32,000 bases of DNA from an uncultured bacterium (GTDB lineage Bacteria; UBP14; UBA6098): the NCBI GenBank assembly GCA_964606695.1, contig CAZSHG010000005.1, positions 35,410 through 67,409 on the forward strand, read 5' to 3'. This document shows positions 1 through 8,102 of the stretch, in pieces. How positions within the stretch are numbered: the first letter of the stretch is position 1; every line of letters starts with the position of its first letter. The notes below the pieces were generated by a model that saw only the letters and a program-made list of their open reading frames with translations, had not been told where the DNA came from and ran no database searches. A program made the translations under genes and the position numbers.

Positions 1-926
1 GGGAAAAAAGTGGCGACGAGAGGGCTATCGCGAGCACTCTTGTCTTTATCGGGGAAATTTATCGGGATATGGGGCAATACGATAGAGCAATCGAATACAT
101 GAAAAAGGGATACGACCTCGCAGTAAAAATAAACTGGCAGAATTCTATCCTACGTGCGTCTCAAGAGCTGGTCAGAGTTTACCAATTGATTGGCGATTTC
201 GAGAAAGCCCTCGAATATCATAAAATCTTCCACGATGCTGAATCATCCTATATCGATGCGGAATTGCGGGAGAAAGTTCGGGAAATGAACATCAAGTTCG
301 AGACAGAACGCAAGGAGAAGGAAGCCGAAATCTACCGGCTGAAGAACGTCGAGCTGACGCAGGCCAAAGAGCGAATCGAGGAACAGCATATCGAACTTGA
401 AAAGGCATATCAAAAGCTCGAACAGATATCGCGTATCGACCCGCTGACCGGAATCTGGAACAGGCGATATTTCACCGAGCTCGTTCAGGAGGAATGCAAT
501 CGATCAGAGAGAAGCGGAAAACCTTTTTCGATAGGCATCTGCGATATCGATTTCTTCAAGAAAGTGAACGACCGATACGGCCACGAATGCGGCGACCGGG
601 TGTTGGTAGAAATCACGAGACTCATACGCGATTCCATTCGCAAGCAGGACGTTGTTGCGCGATGGGGCGGCGAGGAGTTCATCCTGCTCTTCCCGGAAAC
701 CGACGAGAAGGGCGCGCTGGTTGTGGCGGAGAAACTCAGGGTGAAGATCGAGGAATACGCGACCAACTACCGCGACGCAGATGTAGCAGTTACGATTTGT
801 TTCGGCGTGTCCGAGAGCGACGCGGATTACGATATCGACCGATATATCCGTAACGCCGACAGGGCGATGTATCACGCCAAGGACAGAGGCAGAAACCGCA
901 GTTACGCCTACAGCGATCTGGATTAA
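1..926 (+). CDS. TPR-like / coiled-coil / GGDEF-domain diguanylate cyclase (5' end outside window)
   Basis: The frame stays open from base 3, upstream of the listed Met69 (GDERAIASTLVFIGEIYRDMGQYDRAIEY, TPR-like). The C-terminal half carries GGDEF hallmarks: DPLTGIWNRRYF, DIDFFKKVND, RWGGEEF with an RKQD (RxxD) I-site five residues upstream, and MYHAKDRGRNR. Confidence 0.85.
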   Translation, partial: EKSGDERAIASTLVFIGEIYRDMGQYDRAIEYMKKGYDLAVKINWQNSILRASQELVRVYQLIGDFEKALEYHKIFHDAESSYIDAELREKVREMNIKFETERKEKEAEIYRLKNVELTQAKERIEEQHIELEKAYQKLEQISRIDPLTGIWNRRYFTELVQEECNRSERSGKPFSIGICDIDFFKKVNDRYGHECGDRVLVEITRLIRDSIRKQDVVARWGGEEFILLFPETDEKGALVVAEKLRVKIEEYATNYRDADVAVTICFGVSESDADYDIDRYIRNADRAMYHAKDRGRNRSYAYSDLD

Positions 927-1012
927 TAAGCATCAAAAATGACTTAATAGTCCCGGCGTCCCCACCGGGTTGGCGAGTGTTTTCCACATGCCGAACGATT
1001 CGCAAAATTTCG

Positions 1013-1096
1013 CATAAACCGCGGCGAGACGCCGCTACTATTAAGGGTAATATGAGACAACGCTACATAAACCGCGGCGAGACGCCGCTACTATTA
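1013..1096. repeat. Two copies of a 31-bp direct repeat, each containing a GCGGCG-AGA-CGCCGC hairpin
   Basis: cataaaccgcggcgagacgccgctactatta occurs at 1013-1043 and again at 1066-1096, separated by 22 bp. It lies just downstream of the GGDEF gene stop. Neither copy has a U-tract. Confidence 0.8.
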
Positions 1097-1119
1097 TTCT
1101 ATTTGAGATAATTCTAAAA

Positions 1120-1515
1120 TTGCCTGTCATTTCGATGAGTCCGGAGGACGAAGAGAAATCTTTTATTATTCGTGGAAGATTTCTTCCTTCGGTCGAAATG
1201 ACAACCAAAAAAGACCTGTCCGGAAACCCAATCGACGCCCCGGAGAACATGATCGACTTCCCGGAAACCTGGGCTAACCTTCCGGAAACCGTGGATGACT
1301 CTCCGGAAATGAAGAATAACCTTCCTGGAAGCTTTACAAAGATTCTGGAAACTAAAGAAACCTTTCCGGAAATCGAGAATCACTTCCCGGAAACCGTGAT
1401 GAACCTTCCGGAAATTGAGAATGACTTTCCGGATCCCCTGAGGCTCAACGACTTACGCGGAATCGCACATTTTTTGTGCGATGGGATTTTGCCATCGAAT
1501 AAAAGGATACGTTGA
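1120..1515 (+). CDS. Hypothetical heptad-repeat protein ((F/L)PE(T/I)xxx x ~10); coding status uncertain
   Basis: The ORF covers the 21-bp array in frame (FPETWAN LPETVDD SPEMKNN ... LPEIEND). There is no SD before TTG1120 or ATG1135. The opposite strand (1114..1383) is also open because the core is palindromic. A few synonymous differences between units (ttt/ttc, atc/att) weakly favour coding. Confidence 0.3.
   Translation: MPVISMSPEDEEKSFIIRGRFLPSVEMTTKKDLSGNPIDAPENMIDFPETWANLPETVDDSPEMKNNLPGSFTKILETKETFPEIENHFPETVMNLPEIENDFPDPLRLNDLRGIAHFLCDGILPSNKRIR
1216..1446. repeat. Eleven tandem 21-bp units with a palindromic TTCCGGAA core
   Basis: The CGGA/TGGA core recurs at 1221, 1241, 1262, 1283, 1304, 1326, 1346, 1367, 1388, 1409 and 1430. 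Units include cttccggaaaccgtggatgac, tttccggaaatcgagaatcac and cttccggaaattgagaatgac. Confidence 0.9.
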
Positions 1516-1564
1516 CTTCATAAATGGCTTGCGATTTTCGATTTTTCGTGGATATTGTTAGACT

Positions 1565-2239
1565 ATGAGAGTCACTGTAATATTAGTTGCAGGCGGTTCG
1601 GGCGTGAGGTTCGGCGCGGAGATTCCCAAGGCGCTCGTGGAATTGGGCGGAAAACCTCTCGTGAGGTGTTCCGCTGAGGCCTTTTGCGGGATCGACGAAG
1701 TCGAGTCGATAATCGTGCTCGCGCCGGAGGGTTTCGAGAAGCGGTTCGAGGGCGTGTTGTCCGGTTTATCGAAGAAGATTATTGTCGGAACCGGCGGCGC
1801 GATGCGGACGGATTCGGTTTGCAATGGAATCGCTCTGGCACCCGACGGTTGCGATATTTTTGCTATCCACGATGCGGCGAGGCCGTTGGTCAAAATCGAA
1901 GATATTCAAGCTGTAATCAAAGCGGCAAACGAACACGGCGCGGCGACACTTGCGACTCCTGTTTCGGACACGCTGAAAATCGTGGAAAATGAAACAATAA
2001 TCGAGACGGTCGATAGATCGAGGTTCTGGGCTGTCCAGACTCCACAGGTCTTTCGTGCCGGTCTTTATAGGAAAGCTCTCGAATCGGCACCGTCCTCCCC
2101 CACCGACGATTGCGCGATTGTTGAGGGTTACGGTCATCCTGTGCGGGTTGTCGCGGGTTCGAGGTTGAACATCAAGATCACATATATCGAGGATTTGGCT
2201 ATCGCGGAGGCAATACTGAAAGGCGGAAAATGCACGTAA
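1565..2239 (+). CDS. ispD: 2-C-methyl-D-erythritol 4-phosphate cytidylyltransferase
   Basis: VILVAGGSGVRFG...PKALVELGGKPLV at the N-terminus, IHDAARP, and VQTPQVF. The length (224 aa) is typical of IspD. Confidence 0.9.
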   Translation: MRVTVILVAGGSGVRFGAEIPKALVELGGKPLVRCSAEAFCGIDEVESIIVLAPEGFEKRFEGVLSGLSKKIIVGTGGAMRTDSVCNGIALAPDGCDIFAIHDAARPLVKIEDIQAVIKAANEHGAATLATPVSDTLKIVENETIIETVDRSRFWAVQTPQVFRAGLYRKALESAPSSPTDDCAIVEGYGHPVRVVAGSRLNIKITYIEDLAIAEAILKGGKCT

Positions 2240-3261
2240 CTGAAGATTTATTGCGCAAACTGGCGCTGTTGGAACAATCGGGCAGGACGATAATGTCGGT
2301 CTATCTCGATTTGCGATACGGCTGGGACGTCGCGGAAGAATCTATCGAAAAGGAAATCGACTGGTTGAAGAAGATTTTGAACGACGAGGAGATTGAGTAT
2401 TTCGAGGCCTCGCTGGAATTCATGTTCGAGTATTTCAATAAAAAGAAATCGAAGGGGTATTCCGGGCCGGGGCTGGCTTTTTTCATCGATCTGGAAGAGG
2501 GATACGCGACGGGAGTCGAGACGACTATTGCACACAAAACGTCGATTGCGGTTGACGATCAGGCAATAATTCTACCTCTGGCAAAGGAGCTTGACGAATA
2601 CGAGCCGGTGGGCGTGATAATGGCTGACGCTTCCGGCGCACGGATTATGATTTCCGCCGGCAAGGTGCTTGAGGACGAACGGGACGTTAATGTCAAAATT
2701 CATCATCTATCGAAGGTCGGCGGGTGGTCGCAGATGCGGTATCAGCGGCGTCGCGAGAAGGAGGTCAAGCACTTTGCGAAGGACGTGGCGGATATCGCGG
2801 ATAAGTTGTTTCGCGAGGAAAAGGTGAATCGCGTGCTTATGGCCGGACGGAATCGCATCCTGACGGCAATCGTGGAGGAACTGCCTCAACGCTGGCGCGA
2901 GTCGATTATCGATAGTATCAAATGGGACATGGCACTTTCGGACGACGAATTCGCGCGGAAGATTGCACCTTCGCTGGTGGAAGCCGAACGCGAACAGGAG
3001 GAGGAAGTCCTGGGCAGATTCATCGCGGAATACCGTCGCAACGGTTTAGCTAAAGGCGGTTTGCAGGATGTTCTCACGGCACTCGAGATGGGACAGGTGG
3101 ATACGCTGATTCTGGACAGCGATCTCGACGAGGAGCTGATGGAGGAATTGACTTCCAAAGCGGAAACGATTTCGGCGCATGTGGAGTTTGTTCCGACGAG
3201 CGATGATTGTCTGGCGAAACTTGGCGGTATCGGCGCGTTACTGCGATATAAAATTGATTGA
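2230..3261 (+). CDS. Bacterial archaeo-eukaryotic release factor 1-like (baeRF1 / eRF1-Pelota-Vms1 superfamily) protein with GGW in place of GGQ
   Basis: The three-domain layout can be aligned by eye to eRF1/Pelota. The central loop HHLSKVGGWSQMRYQRRREKEVKHFAKDVAD resembles eRF1 GRGGQSALRFARLR. Also present are LKGGLQDVLTALEMGQVDTLILDSDL and the C-terminal GGIGALLRY. The start overlaps the ispD stop by 10 nt (ATGCACGTAA). Confidence 0.75.
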   Translation: MHVTEDLLRKLALLEQSGRTIMSVYLDLRYGWDVAEESIEKEIDWLKKILNDEEIEYFEASLEFMFEYFNKKKSKGYSGPGLAFFIDLEEGYATGVETTIAHKTSIAVDDQAIILPLAKELDEYEPVGVIMADASGARIMISAGKVLEDERDVNVKIHHLSKVGGWSQMRYQRRREKEVKHFAKDVADIADKLFREEKVNRVLMAGRNRILTAIVEELPQRWRESIIDSIKWDMALSDDEFARKIAPSLVEAEREQEEEVLGRFIAEYRRNGLAKGGLQDVLTALEMGQVDTLILDSDLDEELMEELTSKAETISAHVEFVPTSDDCLAKLGGIGALLRYKID

Positions 3262-3304
3262 CACTTTCAAAACCCGGATATATCCTTACTAATAAAGGAG
3301 ACCG

Positions 3305-4750
3305 ATGCGTAGATTTGGACTTTACATAGCGATAATATTTTTTGCGATGGCTTTTTCCGCTCACGCGACGAAATACGCGGGGGAATTCACGGATCTGGGC
3401 GTTGGTGTCCGTGCGGCGGGAATGGGCGGTTCATTTACTATTAATAATGGCGATCTGCAGGCGTTATGGTGGAACCCCGCCGGTCTGCAGGGATTGTCTG
3501 AAAGGCCGCAAATATATCTGATGCATGCGGAAATGTATGGCGACCTCTACAAATTAGACGCAGGAGCGATTGGTAAGAAACTGGGCGATACTCAATGGGC
3601 GGTTGGATTTTTCCGGAATGCCACGGAGAATTTGCCTTTTACCGATACTACAGAATTTTACGATTACGGTCCCGATAGAATTCCCGGCACAGGCGACCCC
3701 GGTGAAGGCAACGGAACATGGGATCCCGGAGAACAGATTCGACCGGAGGCGATTTATTACCGCACGGAGGGGGATTACCTTTTCACATTAGGCGCGGGAC
3801 GAAATTTCGGGGATAAACTTCGGCTGGGATTGTCGTTAAAGCATCTACAGAGTTATATCGGCGAATATTCGGCTTTCGGTTTCGGTTTTGATATCGGAGG
3901 GCAATATGAAATGCGCCAAAATTTAACTCTTGGAGCATCGATACGCGATGTTGCGGGCACATATATTCGATGGTCAACCGGAACGTGGGAAAGCAAAGCG
4001 CCGTCGCTGTGGTGGGGCGCGCGATATAATATCCCGATGGAATCGCTGAGGGGTGGAATCGCTTTCAGTGGAGAATTCGAGACGCGTTTTGAAAATTATG
4101 ACGGCATAGTCGAAGTCGGTCCGCTATCTCTCGATCCGCATATCGGTGCGGAATTCACGTTGTTCGACAGGATTTATCTTCGATCTGGAATCGACCGGAA
4201 GGATTTTTCCGCCGGAGCAGGATTGAGAATCGCCTTTTTCAGAGTCGATTACGCCTTCGTTACGAACAATCAATTAGATAATACACATCGAATCGGGATT
4301 ACACTGGAAATCCCTAAGATTGAGCGCCCAGAGCCTGAACCGGAGCAGGAAGAACCGGGGATACAAAGGCCGCCTGCTACGCCATCCTCGGAGATATTCG
4401 ACCAACCCGAAGGTGAGTTTGTGGCCGAAATATATTTCCAGACCGGAAGCCCGGAAATCAGCGAAGAGGGGATGGAAAAAATCGACGATTTCTGTTCCGA
4501 AGTCGAGGATCGGGAATTATATATCGAAGGCCATACGGATGTTATAAAAATAAACACACCCAAATTCCCCGATAATTATTCGTTATCGAAGGCCAGGGCT
4601 GAGAATATCGCGGATTATATCGTTGAGAAATGCGGTATCGATAGATCGAAAATTACTCTCGATTGGTTCGGGGCGGACAGGCCAAAATACGAACTGAATT
4701 CCGCGGATGGGTATAAAAACCGTCGTGTTGAAATCTATATTTTAGAATAA
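3305..4750 (+). CDS. Outer-membrane beta-barrel protein with C-terminal OmpA/MotB peptidoglycan-binding domain
   Basis: SD aaggag 8 nt upstream. Signal peptide MRRFGLYIAIIFFAMAFSAHA. Barrel-type N-terminal motif GVGVRAAGMGGSF...WWNPAGL. A Pro/Glu-rich linker (PEPEPEQEEP) follows. OmpA-C motifs: GHTD, NYSLSKARAENIADYI, NRRVEIYI. Confidence 0.85.
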   Translation: MRRFGLYIAIIFFAMAFSAHATKYAGEFTDLGVGVRAAGMGGSFTINNGDLQALWWNPAGLQGLSERPQIYLMHAEMYGDLYKLDAGAIGKKLGDTQWAVGFFRNATENLPFTDTTEFYDYGPDRIPGTGDPGEGNGTWDPGEQIRPEAIYYRTEGDYLFTLGAGRNFGDKLRLGLSLKHLQSYIGEYSAFGFGFDIGGQYEMRQNLTLGASIRDVAGTYIRWSTGTWESKAPSLWWGARYNIPMESLRGGIAFSGEFETRFENYDGIVEVGPLSLDPHIGAEFTLFDRIYLRSGIDRKDFSAGAGLRIAFFRVDYAFVTNNQLDNTHRIGITLEIPKIERPEPEPEQEEPGIQRPPATPSSEIFDQPEGEFVAEIYFQTGSPEISEEGMEKIDDFCSEVEDRELYIEGHTDVIKINTPKFPDNYSLSKARAENIADYIVEKCGIDRSKITLDWFGADRPKYELNSADGYKNRRVEIYILE

Positions 4751-4756
4751 GAGAAA

Positions 4757-5737
4757 TTACTCTTCGATATTTCGGTAGGGTTCGAGATATAGCATCCTCG
4801 ATGCCGGTTTTACCCAGGATGAGAATTCGGCGCCGGTTTCCATTTCCTTTTCTATCACGTGGGTGAATGCGTTGACCTGCGATTCCAGATAATCGGCGTG
4901 GTGAAGTATTACGGCTTCGATGGTTTTGGGGACAACTGGCGACCCCATTTCCGGATCGCCGTGATGGGAAAGTAGCATATGGCTTAATTCAGCCGTTGTT
5001 TTTTCGGGAAATCCCTCTATAGATTCGATGGCGTTGGTCAACATCCTCTCCCCCAGGACTATATGCCCAATAAGACGACCTTTGACTGTGTAATCGAAAG
5101 CGGCCTCGCCAGTTAATTCTTCCACTTTGCCAATATCGTGTAATAAGGCTCCCGCGACCAGCAAATCGTGGCGACATAGATCGAATATCGTAGAAACGTG
5201 ACCGCAGATTTTCGCTACGTTCAACGTATGTTCCGCGAGTCCGCCTATATAAGCCCCATGCCACAGTTTTCCAGCGGGTGTGGAGGTAAATTTTGATAGG
5301 AAGTCGGCGTCCTCGAAGAAATAACACATTAGCTTTTTCAGGCTTTCATCCTCGATGGTGTCGATAACGTCCTGTATCGATTCGGCGAGGTCTTCCTGAG
5401 CGATGTCGGCGTCTGGGAGCAAGAGGTTCGCGTCGAATTCGTCGTCGCGTGCTGACCTGATTTCGAATACTTTTATCTGTGGTCGGCCTTTGTATTCGTT
5501 CATAACACCCTGTATCTTAACAACGGAGGTTTTACCGAGAGACTCGCTCAATTGAAGTGCGTCGTCTCCCCAATAGATTCCAGCGAAACGCCCCGATGAA
5601 TCCCCGAACTCGAAGGTGAGGTAGCATTTTCCCTGATAATCGCGTTTTTCCAGACGCCGAAGAGCGTAATATCCGGTAAAAGCCTCGCCGTATCCGAGTT
5701 GTTTGAGTTCAGGTTGTTCCATCGGTTTTTCCTCCAT
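4757..5737 (-). CDS. OB-fold + HD-domain phosphohydrolase (YhaM-like 3'-5' exoribonuclease family)
   Basis: N-terminal OB-like region (CYLTFEFGDSSGRFAGIYW...GRPQIKV) followed by an HD domain (HTLNVA...LLHDIGKV...GHIVLG...HHGD). The start could instead be Met6 at 5722. Confidence 0.75.
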   Translation of the reverse strand: MEEKPMEQPELKQLGYGEAFTGYYALRRLEKRDYQGKCYLTFEFGDSSGRFAGIYWGDDALQLSESLGKTSVVKIQGVMNEYKGRPQIKVFEIRSARDDEFDANLLLPDADIAQEDLAESIQDVIDTIEDESLKKLMCYFFEDADFLSKFTSTPAGKLWHGAYIGGLAEHTLNVAKICGHVSTIFDLCRHDLLVAGALLHDIGKVEELTGEAAFDYTVKGRLIGHIVLGERMLTNAIESIEGFPEKTTAELSHMLLSHHGDPEMGSPVVPKTIEAVILHHADYLESQVNAFTHVIEKEMETGAEFSSWVKPASRMLYLEPYRNIEE

Positions 5738-6218
5738 ATAATCTTATAATCCGGTCGATTATACCGCTTGTACCTTTGCCTTCCACCAATTCGATTCGTT
5801 CCACCGAGCCACCGTGAGCTTTCACGAAATCCGCACCTACGATTTCGTCCTCATTCCAATCCGCGCCTTTTACCAAAACGTCCGGCTGGATAGCTTCGAT
5901 GAGTTTAAGTGGAGTCGGCTCGTCGAAAATACTCACGAAATCGACCACCTGGATCGCACCAAGAACAATCGCCCTGTCTTCTTCCTCTATTATCGGGCGA
6001 TTTGTGCCTTTGATTTTGCGAACACTCCGATCCGAGTTCATTCCTATTATAAGGTAATCTCCAAGCTTTTTCGCTTTTTGAAGATATTCGATGTGCCCGC
6101 GGTGGATTATATCGAAACAGCCGTTTGTGAAAACGAGTTTTTTGCCGTCTTCCCGGATTTTTCTACGGACAGGGAGAAATTTTTCGAGGGATATGATTTT
6201 GCTTTCTATTTCCGGCAT
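5709..6218 (-). CDS. hldC: D-glycero-beta-D-manno-heptose 1-phosphate adenylyltransferase (RfaE domain II type)
   Basis: Cytidylyltransferase signature VFTNGCFDIIHRGHIEYL. The small size (169 aa) and the overlap with the upstream heptose kinase gene also fit. Confidence 0.85.
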   Translation of the reverse strand: MPEIESKIISLEKFLPVRRKIREDGKKLVFTNGCFDIIHRGHIEYLQKAKKLGDYLIIGMNSDRSVRKIKGTNRPIIEEEDRAIVLGAIQVVDFVSIFDEPTPLKLIEAIQPDVLVKGADWNEDEIVGADFVKAHGGSVERIELVEGKGTSGIIDRIIRLYGGKTDGTT

Positions 6219-7204
6219 CTCTCTCTATCCATTGATTCGATGATCTGATTCGGTTTAGCCACCGCCGTTCCAACCTCTGCAACTACAATTCCCGCTGAGT
6301 GGTTTGCTATTATAGCGGCTTCTTCGAGAGACGCCCCCGCTACGATTGCCGCAGTTGCGACTGCAATTACTGTATCACCCGCACCGGTAACGTCGAAAAC
6401 ATCTTTTGCCATAGTAGGCAGGTGTTTTGCGGATTTGCCGCGTTCGAACAGGCTCATCCCACGCTCGCCTGTAGTTATTATAGCTGAATTTGCGCCGGTT
6501 ATATCGAGCAGTTTCCAACCGGCTTTTTCAAGGCCACTTTCCGTTGATGTCTCGATTCCGGTGGCGCGTTCGGTCTCGTGGTTATTTGGTTTTATAAGAT
6601 CGACTCCCGAATAATATTTCCAATGGTATTCTTTGGGATCGACTGCGACGAAAAGCCCACGGTTACAACAATTATCCACAATTTCGGCGACGAGATTCGG
6701 GGTAACGACGCCCTTGCCGTAATCTGAGATAATCACGCCGTCCAGGGCGGGTAACGTAGCTTTGAATTTTTCTACAAGTTTATCATATATTTCCCCGGCA
6801 ATCTCCGAGGTTGTCTCGCGGTCGATTCTGCATATCTGCTGGTTACGGGCAACAACACGGGTCTTTACTGTAGTTGGTCTATTCTTATCGATAACCAATT
6901 CGGAAGTCTCCATCCCCAACTCTATTGCGCGATTTTTCAATTGATCGCCGTTTTGGTCGTCTCCGATAACAGATAATAAAATTGGGTGGGTTCCAAAAAC
7001 GTTGACATTATCCGCGACATTTGCGGCACCGCCTATCCGAACTTCTTCGCTTTCTAATGCGACTATAGGCACGGGGGATTCGGGAGATATACGCGTGGCG
7101 TTGCCCCAGAGGTATTTATCAAGCATAATATCTCCTATAACACCGACTGTTTTACCGCGCATATTATCGAGGATTTCGCGTAATTTTTTATCAGATATAA
7201 TCAA
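6206..7204 (-). CDS. hldA: D-glycero-beta-D-manno-heptose 7-phosphate kinase (RfaE domain I, PfkB family)
   Basis: PfkB carbohydrate-kinase motifs: GGAANVA and DVTGAGDTVIA. Length is 332 aa. It overlaps hldC by 13 nt. Confidence 0.85.
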   Translation of the reverse strand: MIISDKKLREILDNMRGKTVGVIGDIMLDKYLWGNATRISPESPVPIVALESEEVRIGGAANVADNVNVFGTHPILLSVIGDDQNGDQLKNRAIELGMETSELVIDKNRPTTVKTRVVARNQQICRIDRETTSEIAGEIYDKLVEKFKATLPALDGVIISDYGKGVVTPNLVAEIVDNCCNRGLFVAVDPKEYHWKYYSGVDLIKPNNHETERATGIETSTESGLEKAGWKLLDITGANSAIITTGERGMSLFERGKSAKHLPTMAKDVFDVTGAGDTVIAVATAAIVAGASLEEAAIIANHSAGIVVAEVGTAVAKPNQIIESMDRERCRK

Positions 7205-7209
7205 TATAA

Positions 7210-7689
7210 CTACTTTTTTTTATTGGAGTTAGGTTCATTCGTATCGAGTAAACTCTTAAGCGCTGTCCGGAACTCGTTGACGTCCTTGAACTGACGATAA
7301 ACGCTCGCGAATCTGACATATGCCACTTGATCGACCTCCTGGAGTTTCTCCATCACTTTTTCGCCTACAACCTCCGCGTCGACCTCCATCGAACCGGCTT
7401 CGAGGAGTTCGGCTTCTATCGAATTGGCGATTGATTCGATCTGCTCGGCGCTGACAGGGCGTTTGCGGCAGGCTATCTGGATTCCTTTGATTATCTTAGC
7501 CCTATCGAAAGGTTCCCGACGACCGTCACGTTTGATAATAAGTAGCTGTGATTCCTCGACGAATTCGTAAGTAGTAAACCGCCGCCCGCAATCGAGACAT
7601 TCCCGCCGTCTGCGTACACCTCTCCCCTCCCGCACACTGCGCGAATCGACGACTCTATCCGAATTACTGCCACAATATGGACATTTCAT
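7210..7689 (-). CDS. nrdR: Transcriptional repressor NrdR (zinc ribbon + ATP-cone)
   Basis: MKCPYCGSNSDRVVDSRSVREGRGVRRRRECLDCGRRFTTYE is the canonical NrdR N-terminus. The ORF track starts two codons earlier, at 7695. Confidence 0.92.
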   Translation of the reverse strand: MKCPYCGSNSDRVVDSRSVREGRGVRRRRECLDCGRRFTTYEFVEESQLLIIKRDGRREPFDRAKIIKGIQIACRKRPVSAEQIESIANSIEAELLEAGSMEVDAEVVGEKVMEKLQEVDQVAYVRFASVYRQFKDVNEFRTALKSLLDTNEPNSNKKK

Positions 7690-7784
7690 AAGCACCTAAT
7701 CTAATGTTATGAAAATACAGTTTATCGAAATTTTCGCAAGGAGAATAATGTCATTTTCGCGTAATTCTTTTTTATCCGCGGAAT

Positions 7785-7990
7785 GGGGCGTCGCGTTCCG
7801 TGGGGATCGGATCGGCTATTTTTCGGTTAAAGGAGGGATTTTGTTCCGATCCCCACGGAACCCGCCCATCCGGTTGATTAATCAACCTTAGTTCGATATT
7901 TTCGAAAATTTTCCTATCCAGAAGGTTCTTTAATTTGCTTCTGCCGGATGGGCGGAGTCGGTCGTATTTTACGACCGACTGCGACGCCCC
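7785..7990 (+). ncRNA. Candidate structured RNA, or a nested-palindrome repeat element, forming a four-way junction; class unknown
   Basis: There are four perfect Watson-Crick helices. P1 is 7785-7794/7981-7990 (10 bp). P2 is 7796-7811/7845-7860 (16 bp). P3 is 7862-7873/7944-7955 (12 bp). P4 is 7956-7965/7971-7980 (10 bp). Junction linkers are 0-1 nt. The stems are GC-rich and the loops AT-rich. T6 at 7994-7999 follows on the + strand. The strand assignment is tentative. Confidence 0.4.
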
Positions 7991-8102
7991 CAATTTTTTG
8001 CATTTCGCAAAATGCAATCCGGAAACCTATCGAGGAATCATCCAGAATGTTGAAAAATAAGGGTATGCGAACCGGCATGTATGTTGCGTATGTTTAATAC
8101 AA

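Noticed and set aside
1216-1446. The 21-bp repeat arrays (here and at 9416-9562) as CRISPR arrays
   Set aside because: The units are contiguous with no unique spacers, 21 bp is too short for a repeat-plus-spacer period, and there are no cas genes.
5709-7204. Separate hldA and hldC genes instead of a fused hldE as an anomaly
   Set aside because: Split RfaE domain I and II genes are a known, common arrangement, so this is not unusual.
7696-7780. NrdR boxes or a DnaA box (TTATCCGCG at ~7772) upstream of nrdR
   Set aside because: I see no convincing 16-bp NrdR-box palindrome pair. There is only a single imperfect DnaA-box-like 9-mer, which is insufficient for an origin or an autoregulatory site.
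7785-7990. The structured element as tmRNA, RNase P RNA, SRP RNA, 6S RNA or a known riboswitch
   Set aside because: I could not find the diagnostic motifs by eye. These include a tRNA-like T-arm with CCA end, GAGGAAAGUCC, the GGAAGCAGC-type SRP domain IV loop, a B12 box, the TPP CUGAGA, the T-box sequence, and GEMM or ZTP signatures. The multi-branch topology also does not fit 6S RNA. It is left as an unknown class.
7709-8017. ORFs 7709..7891 (+) and 7772..8017 (-) as small protein genes
   Set aside because: They lie entirely within the palindromic structured element, so both strands are open by symmetry. They have no SD, and the products are low-complexity and basic.
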